A stretch of DNA of 64,000 nucleotides from Camelus dromedarius (GCF_036321535.1 NC_087437.1:10666001-10730000); one strand, 5' to 3'; shown: positions 38,521-52,100, counted from the stretch's first letter. Notes: generated by a model from the letters alone, not told the origin. Program-made: numbers and translations.

Positions 38521-41500
38521 TGCTCCTACGAGGTTTCCATTAGCATGTTAGGTCGTGGACCTAACACCAGCTGCTTAACTCATTTTTTGAAATCTATGAA
38601 GGGACTTTATTCATTAAGATGCTGTCATTCGGCTTTTTTTTTTGTGTGTGTGTGTTGTGTATAACAGGTGGGTATTACTGATGAGCAGTGGAGAACAAAC
38701 AGATCCTAAGGTGCCTATTTCATCTTTTAATGAAGAAAAATTACCATTATTTGAATACTTTAACTTTCACATCTGTATATCATGTTCTCACAGGAGACAC
38801 TAAATCCATTTATTCCATTTTAGCAAAGGATGTGCTTTTTCCCTCTAGATTATTTGTCCTCTGTCTCCTTCCTCACAAATAAATTACCATAAGAATATAC
38901 CTTTTCTTTGTGTAAGAAGAGGAAAGCAAAATTTGGTTATTAAAACTAAAATAAAAAAAAGCCTTCTTGTCTAAAAAAGAATCTAATTTCTTTGGTGATG
39001 AAAAGGAAAAAAGACCCAAATACTATATAGTTTAAGAATCATCCAGAAACTTTCTAACTGAATTCCAAATCTTCATAGATGTTTTAATATATTAGCCAAC
39101 TTTTTTTTTATATCATTACAGGAATTAAATATATTGTCTAAACACTGTGGGAAAGATGTTCAGTAGAGCCTTGTGAATTAATCGGAGGGTTTTACATGCT
39201 AATAGAATTTTGATACATTTCCAGGAACTTGTGAGGCATTGAAAAGGCAATTTGAGAACACTGGCCACTGTTACTGCATTAATGGAATTAGGTTTCCTTT
39301 ACAGTTTTTTGAAAGAAAATAATCCATAGTGATGTGACTGTTTTGTTACTCTTATCGGCAACCATGGATGTGGGAACAAAGATAATGACAGCCCTCTTGC
39401 CTGGCGTTCTAGAAGCACTGGTGTCCTCACTGTCACTGTGGCCGCTCTTGTTAAGTGAGGACAAAGAGCACATGTGGTAGTGGGGCCCCTCCGGTCCTGA
39501 AGTGACACTGACACTGACACGTGCTCCTGAAAACAAATTTTGTTCACATAGAGCCCCACCTCTGAAGCTGCTCAAATGCCTTCCGCCTCCCGGTCAGTGC
39601 GTCCTCCCCTTCGGTAGAATGCTGACATCTAACGAGGAGCTTAAACAGCAATGCCCTCTCTTCCTTTTCTTCCCCCAGCCCTTTCCCACCTCCTGCCCTC
39701 ACTCTTACCCACTCTGGATCTGAAGGGTAGGAAATGTTAGTATACGTGGGGCGGTGGTGGGTGAGGGAAATGCAGAAAAAAGGAGATAAAAATCAGCTTG
39801 TAAATTGTTTACAGTGTTTTTGGGTGTGAGGTTCTTTTTTAAGCTGCAGAACTCTTTGTCCAGACAGAATTGATCCCAAACTCCAGCACATGTAAAAGCT
39901 GGGCTGCTCCATTTGGAGTAGGAATACATGGCTGAATCCTCACTAAAATAGCCCCTCCTCCTCTGAGAAAGGGTAGCGAAAAGGGAGAGTCCTTGAAATA
40001 ACTTAAAACAGCACTATTTGAAAACCACTGCTCTTCACCAAAGAATCATGCTTTTTGAAGTACATAAGTTGAGTCCAATGTGGAGGAAAATTGGTTTTTA
40101 CAGTTTAAAAGGAAATCAGCAAATTTTGTTTGTGAACTCACTATATGAAAGGTATTCGATAGCATAACTTAATAGATTTTAAAATTTGAATAATCAGACC
40201 ATTAGTGTTTTTTTTGTTTGGTGTTTTGGGTTTTTTTGGTTTTTTGGGGTTTTTTTTTTTTTTTTTTGCTTTTTTCCTGTTAAGATTTTTCCTTTACTTC
40301 ATAACATATGTGGTCTCCAATTTTTGTTCTTGGGAGATGGTGTGAGTCCAGTGTGATATGCTTACTATGGATAGATTGTAACCATTAAAAATTCTCTGAT
40401 TTCTCTTGAGCTGTTAATTATATTGTCCTTTTCTTAGATAACATTACACTTAATAGAGCTATCTTAAGAGTCGCATGTGGACTTTACAGATTTATTACCA
40501 TTCCTGACATATCTTTGGATGGCTTCTTAAATGAGTTTTGCAGGGACAGTAAAACAGTATAAACAGATTTTTAGTCTCTGAAAACCCCTTTTTTGTAATA
40601 ACCACTATAAAGAGAAAAACCTTCCTGTGCTCAGGTAGTATTCATTTATTTGAATTACTAAGCCCTGCAAACTGGAGGTTAAGGGCCTGAGTTTGGTTAT
40701 TTTGTTGTCGTAAATAGTGACATTACAGAAATGCAGTTATGTGATGCTTCTTGAAAATAAAACCTCAATATTTAGGGATTAAATGTAATTCAAAATATTT
40801 TCAATAAGACTGTGGCCAAGTTGGCCCACATACTGTAGTGCAAGCTGATAAATAATCGGAAGGTTATGATGTACAATTACTAAATAGGCTCTTACGAACA
40901 ATTCATGTAGGACCACCTTTATATCGAATACCTTAACTGGAAAGCACGTAGGTAAACCCTATACCACTAATCGTGGTCACATGGAAACACACAACTTTCA
41001 GTCCAGGAAATTTGGATAAATGTTCTGCAGCTATGCCCAGAAATCGGCTTTTCAGTAATTTCTGTAGCATTTTCTCTCAGTTTGATCAAATACAGTCATT
41101 ATATCACAAGCAGTTTCAAATTCCAAAATGTTATGTGTAGAGAAAAAAAAAAAGCACGAGTCTTTGCCTTTCTTAATTCTGATTACCCTCATTTAGGATA
41201 AGTAGTACCTTCTTAATTAATTAATGCTGTAAGATTGTGGACTGAAAGGTGCCATAAAGTGCAAATTACCGTTTATTTGAATGTTTATTTGAATGAATAC
41301 TCTTCCTGTTTAATAATTGAAAGGTGGAATAAAAGGAGAAGCCAAGAATTACAACAAATGATACCCGCGTTTAAACACAAATTTCCAAAAATGATTATCA
41401 CATTGGACTTTAAACAGACTTTTTTTTTATAACATTAAAAATTATCTCACCAGATTCTAATTAAATATCTAGAAGGCTTTTTATTGTACAACTGCATAAC

Positions 41501-42438
41501 GCAAGGTACCAGTTTTACCTTTGTGTTGGTAAATTGAAACCGTAAATCTCTGCACAGCTCTGACACAGTCTCCTTTCCTCTTTACTTTCTTTCCCCAACA
41601 AGTGTAGTATTTGAGAATAATGCTTCCTATTATTCTGTCCCAATTTAGTAGTAGTTTCCTTATTTTTGAATATTTCATATTCAATTAAAGATGACTTCAA
41701 TACTTTGAATAGTCCTCCCCCTGTCTCACCCTATAGGGATGTGGTTACATATGGACTCATTTCTAGATAACAGTAACATACAGACTTCTTTTCTGCTACT
41801 TTTTTCTTACAGTTCATAATGAAATAATAAACCTTATGTGTGGTCCTTTAAAAACAGACATTGTTTGATTTTAGGATAGAGATTCTTGATTATGCTGCAA
41901 CTGAAAATACTAAACATTATGTATTTTCAGCTTTTGATGCCTTTACCAGATACCCTATTCATATGATAAATGAATAGGTGATAAAATGTTGATGGAAGCA
42001 AAAAATAAAAATTTCTGGTAAATTTTTAAGCTACCTTGTTTGTAAGAATAAAAGAGAGCTTTGTCTTTTTTTGTCATTTGCACTTAAGATAAACCATCAA
42101 TGTTGTATGTAACTATCTGTAATACAGCAAAAACCATTTTCTTTGAACATATAAAGATTTCCAATGGTCTGTAGCTAATATGCATTGTCTGAAGCTAATA
42201 GACTGGACAGAATACTGCTGCTGTTTGAGTAAAAGTTAATGTTTTTGAGATCAGCATAACTGTAACGTATTAGTAGTGGGTGTCCTGCTTATTTTATTAC
42301 AAGCTCTATCACTGTACAAATTCCTTGTAACATATTAACAGTCATCTACTTTAGGCTCATGCTTAAATGTGTATTGAATGTGGTAGCCCAGGAGCTATGT
42401 TGAAAAGGTACATTAAAAATATCTCAAGATGGCATTCA

Positions 42439-42667
42439 CAGAAAGAGAACAGACTTGTGGTCACCGGGAGCTAAAGGGAGGGGGAAGGGGTAAATTGGGA
42501 GTTCGAAATTTATACCTCTTGGGGAGTGATGGAAATGTTAGGTATTTTGATTGTGATGGTGGTTTCATGGATATATATACACATCTATCAAAATTCATCA
42601 AATTGTACCTCTGAAATATGTGTAGTTTACTATACAGAAATTATCCTACAATAAAGTTGTTTTTAAA
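42439..42667 (+). mobile_element. TSD-flanked L1 3' element, apparently chimeric (young L1 3'UTR plus L1ME-type terminus)
   Basis: TSD aagatg(g/c)cattca at 42426-42438 and 42668-42680; AATAAA at 42650-42655. Confidence 0.8.
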
Positions 42668-43619
42668 AAGATGCCATTCAGTTGCTTGCTGAGTAGCATA
42701 ACGTGGTATCTTAGACTTTATAATAATAAGTAATATTTCAATATCCAACTAGAATTCTGAAGGGAATAAAATTTACATCCCCCAAATGAGACAATTACTA
42801 ATCAGCTCTACTAAACTAGCCAAAACCTAAAGTCAGCAACTTCTTAGTCCAAAAAAGGATACCTCAAAATGAGCACCCTCTGTGTCCAAAAGGATCTTCA
42901 CTATTTTAGAAGCCTCATCCTCCGTCTTTTTTATAACTCTAAAATTTCATTTATCTATGAGTGTATGTATAAAGTATATTTATAATTTTCCTCCTCTCCA
43001 AATACACACGCTTGTATAGATTATGTCATTACATAAAAATTGAAAGGCAGGAAACATGTATGCCTTGGGGTCTGTGTTTAAACAAGGTGGGATGTGATAA
43101 AGAAGGAAAAATCTGAAGAAAAGGAAATTCCAGCAGAGTGAAGCTTTATTAGCTCCATTTTTCCCCTTGTCTCTTATCTGAAGCAACCAGATTTTTCATT
43201 TGTTTAAAAATAACGCATTTGCACACAGAATGTTAGCTCGTTGAAAAGCTTTTTACCACTATAAATTACTGCATTATTTGTATATCAAGATTCACGCAAA
43301 ATACAGTTGAACTACTGTTCAGTATCTTGCAAGTGCTCTTGGTTTCATGTCTACTTTCATTATTTGCGCAAAACTCTTGTAAATTTTCATTGTAGTTCTC
43401 TTTGTGGTAGCTGGAATTGAAATGTTATTATTGCTAACAAGCCAGATTGAGTTTTAACCAAATCTGGCCAATCTGTCATTTATGTCCCCACCTATTGTTT
43501 CCAACTCAATTATTAATTTTCACTTTGGTTTTAAGTCAGTCGTGGTGACACTGAGGAGGTGACAGGGTGGGGGCAGGCTTAGACTCCACCCCAAGTCTCG
43601 CCCTGACTGCAGGACACAG

Positions 43620-43735
43620 TGTTCACAATAGCATGTAAGGTGCACACTGTTAATCTTCTTTCACAGACTAAAAGGCTTGGAGGTGAAAGTTTAGTGACTT
43701 AGCCTGAGGCCTCAGTCACACATCCAGTAAGTGGC
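43620..43735 (-). mobile_element. MIR SINE fragment
   Basis: tttcacagactaaaagg...ttagtgacttagcctgagg...tcacacatccagtaagtggc. Confidence 0.65.
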
Positions 43736-44181
43736 TATTTTGATCACCTCTTCACCCTTCTGATGAGAAAAAGATTCCTGCCGTGGGGTTATGGGATGGC
43801 TGAACACACAACACCTGACATGTGAAGGATGAGATTGGCAGCTCTGGGCGAAGACACTGCGGGCCACACAGGGCCACAGGGGAGCTGCCCTTGTGAATGG
43901 TGGACAGCCAGAGACTGTGGGAGGCAGGCTTTGTGGTACCCCCTGCTCCACACGGGAGGATGTGATTGGCTTGTTCGGATCATGGGTAGGTGGGAATGCA
44001 CCTGAGCCCTTTGATACCGAGGGCTGGGCCGGCATCCCCAGGGCAGGATGGGAGGGCAACTGACAGGCTATTCAAGGCCTTTCTGGTTTTACCGCATGTC
44101 AGAGCATCACCTAACACTGAACCTTGCTTCTAGGACTTTACGCCACAGGGGCTAAACGCAGATTCTAATTGTGGGCTTTCT

Positions 44182-44356
44182 TTCTTTCTTTTTTTTTACT
44201 TTTAAGGATTTTTTTGTTTGTTTGAGGGAGTGGTTTGTTTATTTTTTATTTTTTTAATTTTTAAAATTCTTACTGTTTTCATGGAGGCACTGGGGATTGA
44301 ACCCAGGACCTCGTGCTTGCTAAGCATGTGCTCTACCACTGAGCTATACCCTCCCC
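44182..44356 (-). mobile_element. Camelid tRNA-Ala-derived SINE
   Basis: tggaggcactggggattgaacccaggacctcgtgcttgctaagcatgtgctctaccactgagctataccctcccc; TSD ctaattgtgg(g/a)ctttct at 44165-44181 and 44357-44373. Confidence 0.95.
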
Positions 44357-44618
44357 CTAATTGTGGACTTTCTGATCCATGCCCTGATTATTCCGCTGTG
44401 GCATGGGATAGCCTCCCCTTGTGGGATCACCTGTTAATATTTTATTAGTAATTAAGTACTTTCTCTGGGTATTTTTTAGTCATGTTTTCTTAGGACTCTA
44501 TACACTGTGGTATCTGTTGGATCCTCATAAAAATACTAGAACACTTCCATTTGGGAAAGAATTTGAGGACTTATTTCCCTCTTAAAGGAAATCCAAGTGT
44601 GAGTTCTAATTGTATCTT

Positions 44619-44798
44619 TTTTTTTTTCAATTATTGAAGTATGGTCGCTTTACAGTATTGTGTCAGTTTCTGGTGTGCAGCATAATGCATCAGTCATACA
44701 TACACATACATGTGTTCCTTTCCATATTCTTTTTCATTATAGGTTACTACAAGGTATTGAATAGAGTTCCCTGTGCTCTACAGTAGAAACTTGTTGTT
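44619..44798 (-). mobile_element. 5'-truncated young L1 3' end
   Basis: ttattgaagtatggtcgctttacagtattgtgtcagtttctggtgtgcagc...gttccctgtgctctacagtag; perfect 15-bp TSD ttctaattgtatctt at 44604-44618 and 44799-44813. Confidence 0.93.
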
Positions 44799-45429
44799 TT
44801 CTAATTGTATCTTGATTTAGTTTTCTTCCTCCCAGAGAAAAGTTTTTCTTCAAAAATTCTACCCTCACTTCCCCAAACAAAATCTTGTTTCCCCATGTTC
44901 CATTGTTCTTAGAACTTTTCTGCCTTCCCTCTGCAGCCGGGCAGCTGGCATCCCTGAGTCTGGAATGCCCCCTTTCTCAATTGCACCTCCTCCCTTAGAC
45001 CTTTTCAGCTGCTCTTGCACACGGTGACACCGTCCTATTTCTTATCCTCTGGGCTGGATGCTGCAAGAAGTAATGTAAAAACGTAAGAGATGGTTCTGCC
45101 AGTGAGTCTCTAACCCTGGAGAGCAGGACACAGGGTTGCACAGCATAAAGGGAGATGAGTGCATGTCGAACTCTGTACTCAGGCCCACGAGCCCATCCTG
45201 AGCCGGCCCCTGCCCCGCTCTGCAGCCCCTCCTCTGCTGTTCCCTCTCCCTCCCTCGCTCTGGCCACATCGGCCTTGCCTTCTTTCTACTTCACAACTGG
45301 ACCAGGCATTTCCCACCTCGGGGATCTCTCCTGCTGCTCCTGCCACATCTGGTTCTCTCTCTCCTCTCAGGCTGCTTCCCAAGTGTCATCCTGGACCGCC
45401 CTGCCCCGAACAGACCCTTTTGTTCCATG

Positions 45430-45645
45430 CACAGTGGTTCCAAGGTCCACCTCTGACTCCCTGTGTGATTTCCCCAAGATATTTACTTTTCTGTGCCACG
45501 ATTTGCTAATCTGTAAAATGAGACTGTTGTAATAGACGAGGCTGTGAGAGTTAAGTGCATCGGTACAGGTCAAGCGCGAATGATCGGAATCCCCAGTACA
45601 CAGCGAGCACTTGGTGAAGACAGTTTCTAATCATCATCATCATTA
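45430..45645 (+). mobile_element. MIR SINE
   Basis: ctgtgtgatttccccaagatatttacttttctgtgccacgatttgctaatctgtaaaatgag. Confidence 0.75.
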
Positions 45646-46106
45646 AGGCTGAAGAGGTAACTAAGCCATTAATGCCATAGGCGTCCAGAAAGAGGAGAAG
45701 TCCTTAAGGCCCTGAGTCACCACAAGAACCTTCCTTGTGAGGGCGGAGTTGAACGTCATCGTGTCTATATAGGGATTTGCCTGTTTCCCGCAGACACCAC
45801 ACCGTCTTCCTTCTTTGGATTTCCATGGCTCTTCTGGTTCTTCTCCCACAATACTGACCTCAGCCTTCCTTGTGTCATAAACTGCATGTATGTTCTCCCA
45901 GTAGCAGTGGTCCTGCCTCTCTGGGTCCTAGCAGCATTGTGCCCTACACAGTGGACGGATGACCACTTACAAGAAACACTCCAAGAGATGCCATGAACTC
46001 AGTGAGTTTGAAAGCCATCCTTTTTTATTTGTTAATTTGTCTATTCATTCATCAAATGCTATTTAAACATCTATTGTTTAAAGAACCATGAAGACTGAGA
46101 AAGGTA

Positions 46107-46146
46107 CGGCTCTCTTGGAAATACTGTGGGTTCCATTCCAAACCAC
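46107..46146. mobile_element. Orphan Tigger1 terminal fragment
   Basis: TA|cggctctcttggaaatactgtgggttccattccaaaccac resembles the Tigger1 end at 18943. Confidence 0.55.
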
Positions 46147-49100
46147 ATGGGAAGAAGCGCACAGTGTGTGCATCCCAGGAGCTGGCTGAGTCTAAAAGAG
46201 CCTGGAGAAGAGAGGAGGTCCATTGCTCAGGGCTTCTTTGCCAGTCTCTCCAGTGCCAATCTGATTATACGTTCTGGGACTCCTCCGCTCTTTATCCCTG
46301 AGCTGGTAGATGGAGATTCCAGACACATCATTGCATCTTTCTGATTCTTGGTGTTCTTCTCTATAAGATCATGTCGATAGCCTCTGTCTCCTGCCTGGGC
46401 TGCCGTGGCCGTCTGAGCGGGGGATGCCCTCGCAGGGGCACGTTCACAGTGTTCTCCATCCACAGGTTCAGAGCGATGCTTGGGAAGAACCAGTGGGCAG
46501 TGATCGCAGTGTAAGCGCAGTGACTGCAGAGATCAGTTACCGGAAATGGTCCAGTTGGAGTAGTGTGGGGTGTACTGCTTAGGGGGTCTTAAGTCAGTTA
46601 CAGACTCAGTGTAATTCAGCAGACATTTGAAGAGCATCGTTTCATGCCCGTCTCTGAGCCAAGATTGTGGAGCACAAACATGATCCAATACAGGTTCTCC
46701 TAAAGCACTTAAAATGGATGCAGGGAGGACATGAGCAGAGAGAAGCAGGAAGAGTGTTCCAGGCACCTTTAGAACAAGCACAGGTAGAGGCACAGAGTGG
46801 GCAGGGTCCGGGAATTCAGCTTGTCTAGAAAAAAAGGCTTCCTCATTCTACAGCAGGAGGAAATAAAATGGAAGCAAAGCACCCCAAATCATGGAGGATT
46901 TAGGGGACCAGAAGCAGAACACGGGCTTTTTTCTGTAGAGATTTAGGAGCCTGTGGAAGGTTTGAACAAGAGATTGGCAGAAGCCGCACTCAAAATTAGA
47001 TAATACGTTCCTGTCTTCTCTCTGGAATTACAAATTCTTTGTTTGAAAAGGTTTGAATTAAAAGGGACAAACCTCAACGTACATGTCAGGCACTTTGAGT
47101 AGTTGTACAATTTTGATCTTTCCTTAGCTGGTCCTAAGTAAATTTCACAGCCCAGGGACAGGCAGTCACCCAGCCCTTAGTCTTGTGCTTTTTACTTGAA
47201 AATATTTAAAGTATTAACATTTTCCTTTTCATTATATTTTATGCATCATGAACTTGATATATTCTTGAAATATTTATGAAATTCGGTATTGTGCATGTGG
47301 TCTATCCCCCATGTAAATGGAAAAGAGAAGCGTAACGTAGTTCATGAGTTGAAATATTTGGTTTCAGTTGTACTCAGATCGAAACCATAAAAGAATCAGA
47401 ATGATTGTGGGTTTCTGATTGCCAGATTTACCACCAGAGCTCCGGGTTTCCTGACTACCACATCTCAGTATTTTTGTAATGTTTGTAGCTCCTTTGCAAG
47501 TATGTTTGAATACTCACCCCACCACACATTTCTTAACTATTCTTGTCTTTATTTTAAGAGAAACATGAATATTATTAGATTTGTTCCCAGAGTGTCAAAT
47601 TATTTTCATCAACAAGGCGATCTGATTAGAGCACAAGATTTAGAAGAACTCAGACTTATAAAGAGGCAGACAGAAGTATTTTCTATTTCTTGACATTGAG
47701 TTTGTGGTGATGTTTTCTTTTTATATGTGATTTAAAAAAAAACCCGACCTGTTATTTTTATAGGGTACTTTTGTGGGTAGTAAGAGACCCTGTCCCCTGA
47801 TGCGCACTGCAGAAGGAAGCCACGTGCCTGAACCCCTTCCTGACTGGTCATCATGTATTGTCACTTGGCAGAGGCAGGAATCCAAGGACTAGAGGCATAC
47901 AGAGTGTGCTTCATAGCACCTGTGCCAGGAGATGCTGCCAGACTCCGGGGCACCCCTCCCCAGGGTCTAAACCCTGGAATGATGCTAGGGATTCTCATGG
48001 ATAAATGTTAGGATTAAGGTAGATCTGGGATGTGAAATTAGAATTTTTAGTGAGCCCTAGTGCTGGCCAGCTGCCTAAAGCCGCTAATGCTCCCAAGATG
48101 TTGAGAGGAAACCTTGGGAGATCTGGAATGAGTTACACACACCCTTCCAGTGAAGATTCTGCAGCCTCTCCTCTTAGCAGCTGTCTCCACCCCTCCCCTC
48201 AGGCAGTTTGCAGCCCCCAGCACATGACGCCAACTTTTGAACATGGAAAAGATATACTTTTATTTTAACGAGTTTTGGTAGATTAGCATCTTCAGCCAAA
48301 ATGCATTGTCTTACACACCCCCATCCTATAATCCAGATGTGTAACTCAAGTACTGTGGCTCCAGGTGACCTGCCCAACCTGTGTTTCACCTGCACAGTCT
48401 GAGCGCCCACGGCCTTAATGCCTACCTGATCTCAGCAGTTTATCTGAATGAGCCACCAGTGGAGCCGGAAAAGCTGTATTTATTAATCCGAGACATGCTT
48501 ATCTTTTTTAATAAATACCTAGTAAGCTGTAAAATAATGACCTGCAGTAGCTCCCTGTTAACATTTGTACCTCAAAGTCTAAACAGGCCAAGGGTTCATA
48601 CTGTGTGAACAGAAATATTTGAACATCAAAAGAGAAAACTGTATTTCTTGATAAAAAGGAAGTGGTCACAGATCATGCCAGCCAGACAAATCTGTCAGAG
48701 CTTTGAAATCCAGAGCTGTTAGGTGAGATAATGAGATAAAGGGTAAAGTAAGAGCAGCCTGAACGTTTCAGTCTAGTTAAAGTTGATTTGTATGTGACTT
48801 ACAAATTTCACTTTTAGAAGAATGGTTCTCAGATATTAAGTAACTGTAAAGAGGTGAGTTACCGTTTGACTTGGATTTTGTTGGAAGGTGTCTCCTGCCA
48901 TTTTGTGTCCCCCCCCTCCAGTTCCTTTCCTGCTCTCCCCAGAATTTGATATTTAAATCCTGAGACTGGGTGGGCAAGGAGTCTGCTGAAACAAGCAGAG
49001 AAAATTTGAAACACCTAGAAGCTTTTAAAAACCCCTTGCTGCTGACTTTTAGTTAGAATTCCAAGGAGACGTGGATTGTGTGGACTGAGCTCTGGGGTAG

Positions 49101-52100
49101 CAGTGCTGGGGTTTTGGGGTCACCTCTCAAACCTCTGGAGTCACTTGGCCTGACTCTGTGTCAGTTGGGTATTTGGAAGCATCAAATGAAAACGAAATCC
49201 ACTCTGCAATTGACAGGTCACTGTCATGCCTGTCAGTGAATTAGAATTGTTGGAACACCATCCACTTCCTCCAGCCTGAGTCTGAGAATTGGGGAAGGAA
49301 AGCTTAATGTGTTGGGGACGTGCCATCATCTCTCAGGAGGGAGGCAGATGGCTGTGTTATATCAACATGTGGCCAGAGCAGCACCCCCCACACACACACA
49401 CCTGCGGATTCTCTTTTTTTAAGTTACAGTATCTTCAGTGTAGCTTTGGGCTATTATTTTTGAAAGGCAGCTGACCACTGGAGGCAATATCTTGAGCTAA
49501 AGATTTTAAGTATGTCATGTTGTCTAATTACTGACAGCAACAACAGAGAATAAAACCCTCCACTTGGCTCCTCTGAAACACTTACGTGTGTCTGCTGCTG
49601 CTGTGACACTCATGTCCAAGAGTATTTCATGTTTATTTAAGAACTTTAAGAATGTTGTTACAAAGCCTTGCTTTGTGATTTAAATTGAAGTTCCCCAGTG
49701 TTCATGTGGTGAGTTAAAATTTAGATTTTAGGTCCATGACTTTTATATTGTTAATTATAGCTTTAGATTTAAGTGGCCTGGGTAATGCATGCTTTGAAAG
49801 TAAAACCTGTCTGGGAGTTAGAAGAACAACATAAGGATATTTTAATAAAGACCTGGAGTCTTGTTACAACTCGTTAAACATTAGTAACAGTAGGATTAGG
49901 AATATTGGCTGAAATAGACAGGAAATCAAAGTGAAGGTTAGGCAGAATTGATTCTTTTTTTTTTTACATTGAATTAAATAAACTAAAAGAGAAGTTCTTA
50001 ATGAACTGGAGGAGAATACCACAACATTTCTAAATTTTAAGAAATTAAATTCTATGACTGATAGATATGTGGAATTAATTTTAAAATGTTAAGAGCTCTG
50101 TGGCTTCTGTGGACATTATTTCATACCTTTAGCCTTGTGATAAGTTCTCAGTGTTAAGGAAGATCTGTTTTCTGATCCTAGGTGTTTGCAAAGACATACA
50201 GAGCATTTTAAAGAACTGTCATGCCCTCCCGTGTGTAAGGAAGGAAATTTTGCTGTGACGTATAGTTTTAAGTACACTAAACTCAAGTGCCTTACTCGGG
50301 GAGTTGAGTTTTCTGTTTTTTCTATAGTATCTCCTTACAAAAGCTTGTGGTACGAGCCTTTTTTTCTTTTCTTTCTTGCTTTCTTTCTCTTTTCTTTCTT
50401 TCTTTTGAAATCGAAGCTTTTTTTTAATCTAAAAAAAAGACCTTAAAAAGGTAGAATTTTGTAAATTTACACCTTGGCCACCAGATCTTTCTCTTCTCCA
50501 CCCGTACCCCCTCCAGTCTGCCCTCCAGACTCCAGTGAGCAGTCTGCTCACTGCTTACTGGTCCCTCCACTCTTGCACAATTTGCTGGAGTTTTCTTTTT
50601 TCCCCCAAGAGGAACATGATTTGAAAAAACTTCCTCCACCGTACTTGTTTGTATAGTATTTAATGTATTTGCTAATGCATTGTAACAAATGGCCATAGCA
50701 GTCAGGATCTAATGAAATTCGGCATTTAAAAAGCCGCCGCAGCTCCTGCGACGTCTGTGCCCTAGTGAATGCTGTCATGTAATTCACATCACTGCTTTCC
50801 AGTTCTCCCCCCACCTCTCTGGCCGGTGCGCAGCCTTCTAGCCAGCGTCCTCCTCATGGCCACAAATCAGGTGTCAGGCCCTCTTCCCTTCTCAGTCTGT
50901 CCCCTCTCTGAGTGCTCTCAGCTCTGCCCATGGTCCCGCTTACCACCCCCGGGCACCAGAGGAAGGACCTCTTGGATGTGATAAAGACACCACCGCTGTG
51001 AGGTTTGTCTTAGCTTCGGTACCCTAGAAAAAAAAGAGCCTGAAGCAGCAGGCTGTGTGCATTACTTCACAGGGGGATAGAGTCACAGGAAGCAGAGCGA
51101 CAGGAGGAGGTGGTTTGGTAGGAGGGGAGCCAGCGCGTGGGCGAACTGTTGAATTCTCTCCCACCGCCCAGTCCTGTGAGATTGTACTCGAGACAGAAAC
51201 GACTGTGTCCCAAGACCGTGTATGGTGAGAGAAGGAAGGAGGAAGAATTTTGCCGCTAGTTCCTGTCTCCCACTGGTCAAAGATCCCCCTACAATGTATT
51301 TCCTCCTCCCCACCCTCAGTAGTTGGTGGGGTGATGTGAAAGCGGGGGTCCGACACGTCAGCTCAGACGCCGAGTAGCAGCAGTTCACCTGGGGCTACAT
51401 CTGAATTCCCTTTTTCTCTGTCAGTTGATCAAGAAGGGGAGAAACCATCCTCACCATATGGAAGGCTGGGCTACCTATAAATGTAATTCACTCGTGCCTT
51501 CTGTACGTATTCGAGCCTAATCCCAAATAAGCCATAGTGGCTTGTTTTTTTGCCCATCTAACTTCATGTCTTAGTACTTCAGTCCCAGGGTCACTTGTTG
51601 ACCGTGGTTGGATGTGCAGATGCCGTTGAGCCCTGTAACAGACTAGGGGCTGTTTTTTGTTTTTTGGGGTTTTTTTGATGGATAGTTGTTCTCTGCCGCA
51701 GAACCTCAGGGGTCTGCAATGTGAGCTCTCTTCTGGCGCTGACCAGAGACTCCACAGCGCCTTCGCCATCGCAGGTGGGTCTCGCACCCTCAGGTCCGCT
51801 GGCCCCAGACGCACCATAGCCTGGACGTGCCACAGAAGTCTTTTATATCTGTTCTGGATCACCCTTGAAACTGGCAACCACCAAGTCTCTGATACATGGG
51901 CCAAAGCGCTACTACGAAGCATGGAATATGCCTGCTCCAGAATCCAAAGAGGCCCACCTTTTTCTTAACTGCGGATGTTGGAAGAAACAACTTGTTCTCT
52001 GCCTCAGAGAGGACATTCTCAGCGTGTCCCAGAGCCCTCGACTCCCTGAGAGCAGCAGCAGTGTGCTGTATCTCTTAGTGTGTGCGGCTCCTGGTGTCTG

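Noticed and set aside
40860..41050. Possible NUMT or viral insert (slightly unusual composition)
   Set aside because: No recognisable mitochondrial or viral sequence or peptide in the frames I read; BLASTN/tBLASTx would be needed
44280..44354. tRNA-Ala(AGC) gene (and the other SINE heads)
   Set aside because: Near-cloverleaf with AGC anticodon, but stem mismatches, A-rich tails, TSDs and nine dispersed copies identify these as SINEs
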